Assembly (NCBI GenBank): GCA_014238905.1 | Contig: JABAAE010000012.1 | Span: 104,156-168,155, forward strand | Length of the DNA: 64,000 nucleotides | Direction of reading: 5' to 3' | Source: Planctomycetota bacterium | GTDB lineage: Bacteria; Planctomycetota; Planctomycetia; Pirellulales; Pirellulaceae | Part shown: one piece after another, positions 19,641 to 28,276 of the stretch | How positions within the stretch are numbered: the first letter of the stretch is position 1 | Layout: every line of letters begins with the position of its first letter | Notes under the pieces: model-generated | The model's database searches: none | What the model saw: only the letters and a program-made list of their open reading frames with translations | What the model was told of the DNA's origin: nothing | Position numbers and translations under genes: made by a program

Positions 19641-20138
19641 CTACCGACGCCGGATGGTTCTCTCGATCTGGCGATTGACGTCGGCGCGTTTCAGGGCTTC
19701 TCTTTTGTCGTGAGACTTTTTGCCCTTGCAGACCCCCAGAAGCAGTTTCGCAATTCCCCGGCTGTTAAAGTAGAGCTTCAACGGTACCAGGGTATAGCCT
19801 TTTTCTCTTGCCCTGGCGGTGAGTTTCTCAAGTTGCCGTTTTTGCACGAGTAATTTCCGAGGCCGTCGTGGCTCATGATTCCAGATGGTTGCCTGTTGGA
19901 TTTCGGGGATGTCGCAGCCGAGCAACCAGAGTTCCCCTTTCTGGATTCTGCCATAGGCCTCCTGAATCGAGACTTTGCCTTCCCGCATGCTCTTGACTTC
20001 GCTTCCGCGGAGCACGATGCCGCATTCGATCTGTTCCAGCGTCAGGTATTTATGTTGGGCTCGACGATTTTCGGAAATCGGACGTTCACCTTTGTTTTGC
20101 TGGGTGGCGTCTTTTTTTTCTTTCTTGTTTTTTGACAT
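19641..20138 (-). CDS. smpB: SsrA-binding protein
   Basis: ISENRRAQHKYLTLEQIECGIVLRGSEVKSMREGKVSIQEAYGRIQKGELWLLGCDI...KLYFNSRGIAKLLLGVCKGKKSHDKRE is full-length SmpB. Confidence 0.85.
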   Translation of the reverse strand: MSKNKKEKKDATQQNKGERPISENRRAQHKYLTLEQIECGIVLRGSEVKSMREGKVSIQEAYGRIQKGELWLLGCDIPEIQQATIWNHEPRRPRKLLVQKRQLEKLTARAREKGYTLVPLKLYFNSRGIAKLLLGVCKGKKSHDKREALKRADVNRQIERTIRRR

Positions 20139-20479
20139 CTGATTTTCTGTTGACCTGACGAGCCAAATGGCGGTTAATCCCGAGGATGGGTGATCCGCGG
20201 GATTGATTTCTTAAATCGCTATTTTGGTGATTCCTTCACCCAATTGACGCCGCCAAGCCATTCTTAACGGAATCGTCCGATATACTTTGCTTGACGCCAA
20301 CTTCCGCGACAATGGGTAGAATCCGAATACACCGAAACTGGTGCAGACTCATTCGATCGTCCACATTCAGGTCAGTCCTATACCCTATCGACGCTTAACC
20401 TATCATAAAGGCATAATCATGGAGGAATACCATGATCATCGAGGCAACCCTCAAAACTCCTTGACCGAATGAATAATAA

Positions 20480-21403
20480 GTGAACGAAAATAGCTCGCCT
20501 CTTTTACCGATTTTGAATCAAATTGAACCCGCTGTCGATTCCTCGCCAGTCAAACGGCTACCCCGTTGGCTGAAACGAGAGGTTCCCAAAGGGAACGCCA
20601 ATCATTTTACGTCGAGCTTGCTGGAAGAACTGAATTTGGAGACCGTGTGTGACAACGCCAAGTGTCCCAACCGCATGGAGTGCTACTCACAAAAAACAGC
20701 AACGTTTATGATTTTGGGCAATGTTTGCACTCGGCCTTGTGGATTTTGCGCTGTTAAAAGAGGTCGGCCTGAGGATCTACAGATTGATGAACCGGCGCGG
20801 CTCGCCGAAGCCGCTGTTCGACTTGGTCTCAAACATGTCGTCATTACATCGGTGACTCGCGATGATTTGGCGGATGGCGGAGCGGATCATTACGTGCAAT
20901 GTATTGAGGCGGTTCGACAACGCACCGATGCCAGTATTGAGGTTCTTACGCCTGATTTTATTGGCATGGAAGATGCCTTGAATCGAGTGATTGACGCGAA
21001 GCCGGACGTTTTTAATCACAATACCGAAACCGTTCCGCGACTATACCGCCGGGTGAGGGGCCCCAAGTCTGAGTACGATTGGACGTTAGGACTACTGGAG
21101 AAAATAAAGAAGAGGGACCCCACGATCAAAACCAAGAGTGGCTTGATGTTGGGATTAGGAGAATCCGCTCAGGAGGTCTTGGATGTTTTGGCAGATCTGC
21201 GGAAAGTAGAGTGTGATTTCTTAACTTTGGGCCAGTACTTACAACCCAGTGAAACTCGCTATTTGCCCGTCGTCCGTTACATTCCGCCAGATGAATTTGA
21301 TCAGTGGGCCCAACGGGGTGAATCTCTTGGATTCAAGAAGGTTGCCAGTGGGCCTTTTGTACGTAGTAGCTATCACGCCCGGGATATGGCGGAAAGTTTT
21401 TAG
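20480..21403 (+). CDS. lipA: Lipoyl synthase
   Basis: CDNAKCPNRMECYSQKTATFMILGNVCTRPCGFCAV contains both Cys clusters of LipA, followed by a radical-SAM core. Confidence 0.9.
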   Translation: MNENSSPLLPILNQIEPAVDSSPVKRLPRWLKREVPKGNANHFTSSLLEELNLETVCDNAKCPNRMECYSQKTATFMILGNVCTRPCGFCAVKRGRPEDLQIDEPARLAEAAVRLGLKHVVITSVTRDDLADGGADHYVQCIEAVRQRTDASIEVLTPDFIGMEDALNRVIDAKPDVFNHNTETVPRLYRRVRGPKSEYDWTLGLLEKIKKRDPTIKTKSGLMLGLGESAQEVLDVLADLRKVECDFLTLGQYLQPSETRYLPVVRYIPPDEFDQWAQRGESLGFKKVASGPFVRSSYHARDMAESF

Positions 21404-21544
21404 ATAATCGCCTGCAAATCATGGTCATATGGCTTGTCGAGCCTTGATTTCATTAGCTGAATGCGCTACCGTCGGGAGTGACAAAGGTTGACCAGAGGAA
21501 TTGTTCTACAGAAGATATTGTCCGTTTGAGCTTGGGATTTTGAA

Positions 21545-21576
21545 CCGCTACGGTAACGTGGCGGTTTTTTGTTTTG
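21545..21576 (+). terminator. Intrinsic terminator candidate (8-bp stem, GUAA tetraloop, U-tract)
   Basis: ccgctacg-gtaa-cgtggcgg followed by ttttttgttttg. It lies about 140 nt after the lipA stop and only about 25 nt before the argF ATG at 21599. Confidence 0.5.
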
Positions 21577-21598
21577 ATGGCCTTGGGCCGAGTTTAAC

Positions 21599-22528
21599 AT
21601 GAAGCACCTACTAACACTTTTGGACTACTCGGCGGATGACATCCGCCACATCATCGAAATCTCCTTGCAATTGAAATCCGATCTAAAATCCTCGGATACT
21701 CGGGAGCCGCTTCTGAATCGCCGTGTTGCGGCGATGATCTTTGAGAAACCCTCGTTGCGAACACGGGTCAGTTTTGAATCCGGAATGCAGCATTTGGGAG
21801 GTAGTTTTCTCTATTTATCGGGAAACGATGTCGGCTGGGGTGGTCAGCGGGAAGTGATCAAGGATTTCAGTCGGGTCCTGAGCAGTTATGTCGACCTGAT
21901 TGTTTGTCGGGCAAAATCCCACCAGAGCGTCGTCGAGTTGGCGGAATACTCTAGCTGTCCGGTGATCAATGCTCTAACGGATCTGTATCATCCGTGCCAG
22001 GCACTCGCCGATGTTCTGACGGTGATGGACGATGGGGTTGATTTAAGCCAGCAGAAAATCGCATTTATTGGTGATGCAAATAATGTCTCTCGGAGCTTGG
22101 CGATTATTTGCGCTAAGTTGGGAATCGCGTTTTCTATCGGGGCGCCCTCCGGCTATCAGTTTGAGCCGGATTTTTATGCAAGCCTACGGGCCGAAATGCC
22201 CGCTGCGGAATTGTCACAAACGACTGATCCGAAAAAGGCCGTCGCTGACGCGTCATTTGTCTACACCGACGTTTGGACCAGCATGGGGCAGGAATCTGAA
22301 CAGGCTCAACGCAAAGCCGCTTTTGACGGATATCAGGTTAATGCTGACCTGATGGCTGCTGCGAGGCGTGACGCAAAGTTCTTACATTGCTTGCCGGCGA
22401 TTCGAGGGCAAGAGGTGACTGACGAGGTCATGGATTCGCCTCATAGCCTGGTGATTCAGCAGGCCGAAAACCGGATGCATGTCCAGAAGGGATTGATGAC
22501 ATGGCTTTTGGGGAAAGACGATGTGTAG
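21599..22528 (+). CDS. argF: Ornithine carbamoyltransferase
   Basis: SLRTRVSFE (STRTR motif), HPCQALAD (HPxQ) and HCLPAIRGQEVTDEV (HCLP) are all present. Confidence 0.85.
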   Translation: MKHLLTLLDYSADDIRHIIEISLQLKSDLKSSDTREPLLNRRVAAMIFEKPSLRTRVSFESGMQHLGGSFLYLSGNDVGWGGQREVIKDFSRVLSSYVDLIVCRAKSHQSVVELAEYSSCPVINALTDLYHPCQALADVLTVMDDGVDLSQQKIAFIGDANNVSRSLAIICAKLGIAFSIGAPSGYQFEPDFYASLRAEMPAAELSQTTDPKKAVADASFVYTDVWTSMGQESEQAQRKAAFDGYQVNADLMAAARRDAKFLHCLPAIRGQEVTDEVMDSPHSLVIQQAENRMHVQKGLMTWLLGKDDV

Positions 22529-22669
22529 CGGTCGATGGTGTCATGCCAAAATAAAATGAAGTGTATTGCCGTTAGGGGAAAATCTGGCAGGGTCCGCAGC
22601 ACGTCATCTGGGCAGGACTGGATTGTTGTGGGAACATTGCATCCTTGAGAAAATTAAAAAAACAAGACT

Positions 22670-23404
22670 GTGAAGCGAGTGCGCATGATGAGGAAAAGTA
22701 ACGAAATTCGTCCAGTAAAAATTAAACGAAAATACACCAACAAGTCTGCCGGTAGTGTCCTTTATCAGTGCGGTGAGACCGTCGTGTTGTGCACCGCTAC
22801 GGTTGACAATGACCTGCCTCCTTGGATGCGTGATCAGGAGAAGGGTTGGATCACGGCGGAGTACAACATGCTCCCCAGTAGCACCAGTCCGCGTAAGCGA
22901 CGTGATAGAGGAGGCAAGGTTGATGGGAGGACGACCGAAATTCAGCGTTTGATTGGCCGTAGCCTGCGCGCGGTTGCTGATTTGGAGGCGTTGGGAGCCA
23001 GGCAGATCAATGTGGATTGTGATGTGCTTCAAGCTGACGGGGGAACGCGGACGGCATCAATAACCGGTGCGTTCATCGCCATGGTGGATGCGATCCATTC
23101 AGTGAAAAAAGAGTTGCCTGATCCCAAACGGTATCCACTCAGAGACAACGTAGCGGCGATCAGCGTTGGGATTGTTGCGGGGAAACCGACGCTGGATTTG
23201 GACTATGAGGGAGATTTTGCGGCTTCGGTAGACATGAACGTCGTGATGACCGGTTCTGATCAGTATGTTGAAATTCAGGGAACCGGTGAAGAAGATGTTT
23301 TTTCAGAAGAACAGCTTGCTTCCCTTTTGCGTTTGGGCAAAAAAGGTGTGCGTGGATTGACGCAGATTCAAAAACAGTCTCTCGGCCGGGTCTGGCCATT
23401 CTAG
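22670..23404 (+). CDS. rph: Ribonuclease PH
   Basis: IRPVKIKRKYTNKSAGSVLYQCGETVVLCTATV...RKRRDRGGKVDGRTTEIQRLIGRSLR is full-length RNase PH. The start may be one of the internal Met at 22676/22685. Confidence 0.85.
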   Translation: MKRVRMMRKSNEIRPVKIKRKYTNKSAGSVLYQCGETVVLCTATVDNDLPPWMRDQEKGWITAEYNMLPSSTSPRKRRDRGGKVDGRTTEIQRLIGRSLRAVADLEALGARQINVDCDVLQADGGTRTASITGAFIAMVDAIHSVKKELPDPKRYPLRDNVAAISVGIVAGKPTLDLDYEGDFAASVDMNVVMTGSDQYVEIQGTGEEDVFSEEQLASLLRLGKKGVRGLTQIQKQSLGRVWPF

Positions 23405-23431
23405 AAATCGGGCTATTGATCGATTATTTCT

Positions 23432-23468
23432 GAAAAAATGCGTTTATTTCCAGCTTTTGCATTTTTTC
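23432..23468. promoter_or_regulatory. AT-rich 10-bp inverted repeat between rph and the thioredoxin-like gene
   Basis: gaaaaaatgc-(17 nt)-gcattttttc. The arms are perfect reverse complements. No U-tract follows, so it is more likely an operator or UP-type element than a terminator. Confidence 0.25.
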
Positions 23469-23585
23469 ATGTCGACAATCGGACAACAGAATCAGTTACC
23501 CAAAGCGGTGGAGGGATGGTAGGCTGTGTCTTATCGGTGAACCAGACGCTTCGGTTAATCAATGTTTTACCAGGGAACGACGGAA

Positions 23586-24602
23586 ATGCAGAAATCTCCC
23601 AAGCGACTTGCGTTGCTTTTTATTGTTTTGGCTGGCGTCGGGTTGGTCGTTTGCAGTACGGCGGACTTCCGAAACAGGCTCACCGGCGATGATACTCCTA
23701 AAATGATTTGGTATGGAACATTAGAGGGCGGATTGGCGGAAGCGAAGCGATCCGATCGTCCAATTCTGCTCATTTCTGCTGCCCCACAATGTCAAGCTGT
23801 TTCGGGAGTTTGGTGACCTGGCAAACAAAAAATGGACAGTAGTTACTGGACCAACCAAGAGGTGATCAAGGCGAGCCGCGATTTTGTTTGCATTCGTTTA
23901 GCAACCTATGAAGATAAGAAAGAGGTTGAGTTTCTGAAGGGGATCTTTCGAGGGCGATCTGGAGAACTGGAAAACACAACGTTTGTCATCCTGGATTCCG
24001 ATGGGAAGAAACGGCTCTCCCGAAGCGGTCGTTCACCGGATTTCGCTTTTCGCGGCGCCAATGCATTTGTCACCGGTTTAAACAAGATTGCCAAAGAAAA
24101 AAATAGCGCTGAAAAGAGATTTTCTGATGCCAACTTACCTTTGATAAAGAATGTCGACTTGGCCTTGAATGTGGCTTCGTGTGACCAAATTCAATTAGTC
24201 GTTGTGGTTGGCGAAAATGAACAGAAAATGAATGAGCTTGCTGAAAAGGCTGCTCCCTTGGCTTGGAATGAAAAGGTAGGCGGACAGTTTCTATTTGCCA
24301 AGACCTGTGATCCCAAAGAACTCTTGCCTATTAACGGAAAGCCGCCGGTAAATGGTTTGATCGTGGTCGAGCCTGGGCAGTTTGGTATGACTGGAAAGAT
24401 TGTTGAGTCTTTTGGAGAAAATATTGAATTTGATCGGTTCGTTGAAAAACTGGCGGAACATTCGGCGACGTATGAGGTTTTGAAAGACTATCGTCAGCAC
24501 GTCCAAGCCGGTATTCAACTGGGAATCAAATGGGAATCTGAAACGCCTGTGACGGATCAAGGATCGTTGCGAGCGGTAGAGAGGTCACGCGGCGGGCGGT
24601 AA
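23586..24602 (+). CDS. Periplasmic thioredoxin-like protein interrupted by one in-frame TGA (23814..23816): candidate selenoprotein, or disrupted gene
   Basis: ORFs 23562..23816 and 23832..24602 are in the same frame with 15 nt between them. The likely start is the ATG at 23586 (MQKSPKRLALLFIVLAGVGLVVCS). Read-through gives ...IWYGTLEGGLAEAKRSDRPILLISAAPQCQAVSGVW-TGA-PGKQKMDSSYWTNQEVIKASRDFVCIRLATYEDKKEVEF... The pattern of N-terminal W..LEeAl.eAK...kPILL, then Cys region, then ..EV.....FV.I.L is thioredoxin_7/DUF255-like. Confidence 0.5.
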
Positions 24603-24762
24603 TTCGAGGTGGATTTTTTTCGGAATCCTCCTCTCGGTGATACCGATTGTTTTCTAACGTTACTGGATTAAAGAGACGGTTACGGAAATAAAGAAGGCGT
24701 CAAAGGATTAATTGGAAGTTGGGTCAGTCTCAAGGTTTGGGCAGTTTTCTAAAGGAAATAAA

Positions 24763-25746
24763 ATGAAATTAAGTTGGATGGTTTTTTGCTTGGTCTTTTC
24801 CTTAGCGGCCGCGGATTCAATTCTTGCTCAGCCTGGTGGCCCGGGTGGTCCTGGTCAGCAAGGTGGCCGCGGTGGACCTGGTTTTGGTGGTCAAGGTGGT
24901 GCCGGTGGTCAGCAGCGTGGTGGTCAGCAGCGTGGCGGTCAGCAGCGTGGCGGTCAGCAGCGTGGCGGTCAGCGTGGACCCGGTGGTCCTGGTTTTGGCG
25001 GCCCCGGGGGTCCTGGTTTTGGTGGTCCCGGTGGTCAAGGTGGTCGCGGTTTTGGCGGTCCCGGTGGTCAAGGTGGTCAAGGTGGTTTTCGCCCCTCGCC
25101 CAGCGTATTAATGGGAGCATTGGATGCGAATCAGGACGGTCAAATCTCCAAAGATGAGCTGAGAAACGCAGCGGCTGCCTTGGCAAAGCTTGACAAGAAT
25201 AGAGATGGAATGTTGACCGCCGAAGAATTAGTTCCAGCTGGTATGCAGGCCGGTGGTGGTCGCGGTGGTCCTGGTCGCGGTGGTCCTGGCGGCGGTGGTC
25301 CTGGTGGTCCTGGCGGCGGTGGTCCTGGTGCTGGAGGTCAAGGCGGAGCCGGTGGGCAGTTTGACGCACAGCAAATGGTCGACCGTTTTTTTGCGAATAT
25401 GGACAAAAATAATGACGGAAAATTGAGTAAAGGTGAAGTGCCCGAACGGATGGCAAACATGATCGGTCAAAATGACGCCAATAAGGATGGCCTTGTGGAT
25501 AAAAAGGAAATGATGGCTGGGCTTGCAAAAATGGCAGGTGGTCGCGGTGGTCCTGGTGGTCAAGGTGGTCGCGGTGGCGGACCAGGTGGCGGTGCTGGTG
25601 GTCAAGGTGGTCGCGGTGGCGGACCTGGGGGCGGACCTGGGGGCGGTGCTGGTGGTCAAGGTGGTCGCGGTGGCGGACCTGGTGGAGCCGGAGCCGGAGG
25701 CGGTGGCGGTAAAGGCGGCGGTGTGCGAAGACCCAATTTTGGGTAG
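24763..25746 (+). CDS. Secreted glycine-rich protein with four EF-hand calcium-binding loops
   Basis: ORF 24712..25746; the likely start is the ATG at 24763 (MKLSWMVFCLVFSLAAADSILA; RBS aaaggaaataaaATG). EF-hand loops: DANQDGQISKDE, DKNRDGMLTAEE, DKNNDGKLSKGE, DANKDGLVDKKE. The spacers are GGPGGQGGRGG/GGQQRGGQQRG low-complexity tracts. Confidence 0.75.
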   Translation: MKLSWMVFCLVFSLAAADSILAQPGGPGGPGQQGGRGGPGFGGQGGAGGQQRGGQQRGGQQRGGQQRGGQRGPGGPGFGGPGGPGFGGPGGQGGRGFGGPGGQGGQGGFRPSPSVLMGALDANQDGQISKDELRNAAAALAKLDKNRDGMLTAEELVPAGMQAGGGRGGPGRGGPGGGGPGGPGGGGPGAGGQGGAGGQFDAQQMVDRFFANMDKNNDGKLSKGEVPERMANMIGQNDANKDGLVDKKEMMAGLAKMAGGRGGPGGQGGRGGGPGGGAGGQGGRGGGPGGGPGGGAGGQGGRGGGPGGAGAGGGGGKGGGVRRPNFG

Positions 25747-25807
25747 TTTTGAGAATCTGAATTGGGATTCCCTTTTGAATCTGATTTGCACAGACCTTAA
25801 GAATTTA

Positions 25808-25840
25808 CGTCCCGGTTTTTCGGCCGGGGCGTTTTTTATT
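25808..25840 (+). terminator. Intrinsic terminator candidate after the EF-hand gene
   Basis: cgtcccgg-tttttcgg-ccggggcg (8-bp stem with one G-U pair) followed by ttttttatt, about 60 nt after the stop. Confidence 0.55.
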
Positions 25841-25880
25841 AACCGGCTAGATGAATGGGAATGAAGGTTGGTAAAGGGAT

Positions 25881-27044
25881 TTGAAATCACTTTGGGGCAA
25901 TGGGAATGCCACTGATTTCCAACCGAGACTAGATGCGAAGATCACATTTGCGGAAAAAAAGATAATGGGTGCGGTCACCGAGAATGCTGACAATCAAAAA
26001 AACGGGGTAGGTTTTGTGCTACCGAAAATCAAGCCACTCCAAATTGGTGACTTGGTGGTGGACCCGCCTGTCCTGCAGGCCCCGATGGCGGGTTTTACCA
26101 ATTTTGCTTTCCGACAAATTGTAAGAGAGTTTGGTGGAGTTGGACTTCAAGCGACCGAAATGGTGAATGCTCGTGGCTTCGTTTGGCTTGACGAGCACGA
26201 GGCCGAACATCCGGATCGTTTGTGGGGCATCAAGGACGAACCTCGTCCCTTGGCCGTTCAAATTTGGGACAACCAACCTGATACCATGGCCAAAGTGGCT
26301 GGCCGTTTGGTGGAAGAATATCAAGTAAGTGTTGTTGATATCAATTTTGGTTGCCCGGTTAAACAGGTGACTCAACGGGCTCACAGCGGGTCGTATCTTC
26401 TCAAGTATCCTGACCGGATGTTTGATATTATTTCCCGTGTCGTCGCTGCTGCCGCTCCCACTCCGGTGACGGCCAAGATTCGACTTGGGTGTACTCGAGA
26501 CAACGCGAATGCTATTGAGGTTGCACAAGTCGTTGAATCGGCTGGAGCGGCGGCGTTGACCGTTCATGGCCGTACCGCGCAGGATTTTTTTAAAGGCAAT
26601 GCGGATTGGGAACAGATTTCGCGGATCAAACCGTATCTAAAGAAAATCCCCCTAATTGGAAATGGCGATCTCTCCACGCCGGAACAGGTTTTGGAGGCTT
26701 TCCGGAAATATGATGTTGACGGTGTGATGATCGCCCGCGCTTGTCTGGGGAAGCCTTGGCTTTTTCATCAAGCTGAAGCCCTTTTACGGGGCAACCCGGT
26801 TCCTCCAGATCCCTCGCTGGAGCAACAGAAAGCTTGCATGCTACACCACTATGATTTAGTGGTACGGCGATTCGGAGTGGAAAAGGGGACGCTTTTGATG
26901 CGTAAGTACGCCTGCTGTTATGCTCAGGGGCGATATGGGGCTCGTCATTTCCGAACCCATGTTGCCAAGGTGACATCCCCGAGTGAATTTAGTGATGTCG
27001 TGGAGAAGTATTTTCCCACCGAACCAACTGGCGTAAGAGGCTAG
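25881..27044 (+). CDS. tRNA-dihydrouridine synthase (Dus family)
   Basis: LQAPMAGFTNFAFRQIVREFGGVG...VDINFGCPVKQVTQRAHSGSYLLKYPD...KIRLG... are Dus motifs with the conserved Cys and the FMN-binding TIM barrel. The true start may be internal (MGAVTEN, ~25965). Confidence 0.8.
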   Translation: MKSLWGNGNATDFQPRLDAKITFAEKKIMGAVTENADNQKNGVGFVLPKIKPLQIGDLVVDPPVLQAPMAGFTNFAFRQIVREFGGVGLQATEMVNARGFVWLDEHEAEHPDRLWGIKDEPRPLAVQIWDNQPDTMAKVAGRLVEEYQVSVVDINFGCPVKQVTQRAHSGSYLLKYPDRMFDIISRVVAAAAPTPVTAKIRLGCTRDNANAIEVAQVVESAGAAALTVHGRTAQDFFKGNADWEQISRIKPYLKKIPLIGNGDLSTPEQVLEAFRKYDVDGVMIARACLGKPWLFHQAEALLRGNPVPPDPSLEQQKACMLHHYDLVVRRFGVEKGTLLMRKYACCYAQGRYGARHFRTHVAKVTSPSEFSDVVEKYFPTEPTGVRG

Positions 27045-27138
27045 ATTGAGTGGCGATGGGTTGCTGTGAATCCTTGGCATAAAAATTGGGATGAATCGTC
27101 TCGTTTTGTTTGTCAGGCCTTCGGAGTCTACCGGACGA

Positions 27139-27465
27139 TTAATCCTGAGTTGGCAGTAATTCAAACTGAGTCACTTTGAAACGACCATCGATGATTTCAC
27201 CGGATACCTCAGCGTTTCTAACGCAATTGCATAATCCATTCTCGTGATGCGCATCGCCGTGGTCATCGATACCCGATCCGTCGACAAAATAGGATTTTTC
27301 TCCTAGGCGTATCGCCAAATCACAGCCGTCCCCATCCATACCGAATTGGCACTGCCCGCATGAGGCTTGTACCATGATGACGCGTTCTTGAGGCGATTCC
27401 TGCTGGTGGGGCATGGGGTCGGTGTTGCAGCCGGCCTGTAAGATCAGTATCGCACTGATCATCAT
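27139..27465 (-). CDS. Small Cys/His-rich lipoprotein (metal-binding?)
   Basis: ORF 27139..27531; the likely start is MMISAILILQAGC (lipobox). The mature part reads SCGQCQFGMDGDGCDLAIRLGEKSYFVDGSGIDDHGDAHHENGLCNCVR, with 6 Cys plus a His cluster. Confidence 0.5.
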   Translation of the reverse strand: MMISAILILQAGCNTDPMPHQQESPQERVIMVQASCGQCQFGMDGDGCDLAIRLGEKSYFVDGSGIDDHGDAHHENGLCNCVRNAEVSGEIIDGRFKVTQFELLPTQD

Positions 27466-28276
27466 TAGTTTCGAAAAATGGTAGGCCGCCAAGTGTGACT
27501 CGGCAAGGTGATGGATGTCTCGAGATGTCATTGGGCACCTTGTCTCAAAAGGGCAAGCACTGGAATTGGCAAGGAATCAAAATTGAATTTCCGTCCTCGA
27601 CGTTTTCCATTAAACACAATTGACCACTGCAATTCCACAAAGAAACCAATGGGGTCATCAATTTCCCATTGAGTACCGATTCGATGGTTCGAGGCAACTG
27701 ATGTGATTTGGGCCTCACCGGAAAGATGGCTAATTCCAGCTTTTGATTGAACGAGGAGTTGCCAATGAATCGATTGGCTGTGGTTCTCATAGCCTTTGCC
27801 CTGCTTTCGGCCGAGGATGTGTGCGCTCCGGAAAAGTTGGCGAAATCCAAACCGCTGCAATGGTGAACGAAAACAGCGAAGGGGCCCTTTTTCTGATATC
27901 TCCGGCGGATCCATCGAAACCGGCGGCTTGGCTGGGGACCGGAATTAGCTTTTACCTGGCAAGTATCAAATTCGGATCTTCCGGGATACCAAAAACAAAA
28001 TCGCGGCTTCGGCGGCTGGCATACTGGATAAAGAAGATCTGGTAGGGTGTGTCGTCACACAGGCTCAATGGGGAACCGGATTTCCCAATGCTGAAATCAT
28101 TTCGGCAAGTGATCTCGCGAAGTGACTTTTGATTCTGGCCGGGTAGCGGTATGCGTCCCTAACGGTTTTTGTTTTTCCAGTGATAGTCGGTTGCTCGAGT
28201 CACCTGCCGAATCGCGTCGACCGGGTTTGGACAGGTGTCCTCATACCCTATGCTGCTCGGTGGTGACAGTTCCTTG

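Noticed and set aside
23761-23866. Programmed +1 ribosomal frameshift to explain the thioredoxin-like gene split
   Set aside because: No slippery heptamer or stimulatory structure is evident. Read-through or Sec decoding, or simple indels in the a6 run, are more parsimonious. The idea is kept only as an alternative within the finding.
24749-25890. Several 90-260-aa ORFs on both strands overlapping the EF-hand gene (for example 24749..25528-, 25228..25890-)
   Set aside because: They arise from the GC-rich glycine-codon repeats and give His/Arg/Thr-rich nonsense proteins. Only the plus-strand frame carries EF-hand loops and a signal peptide.
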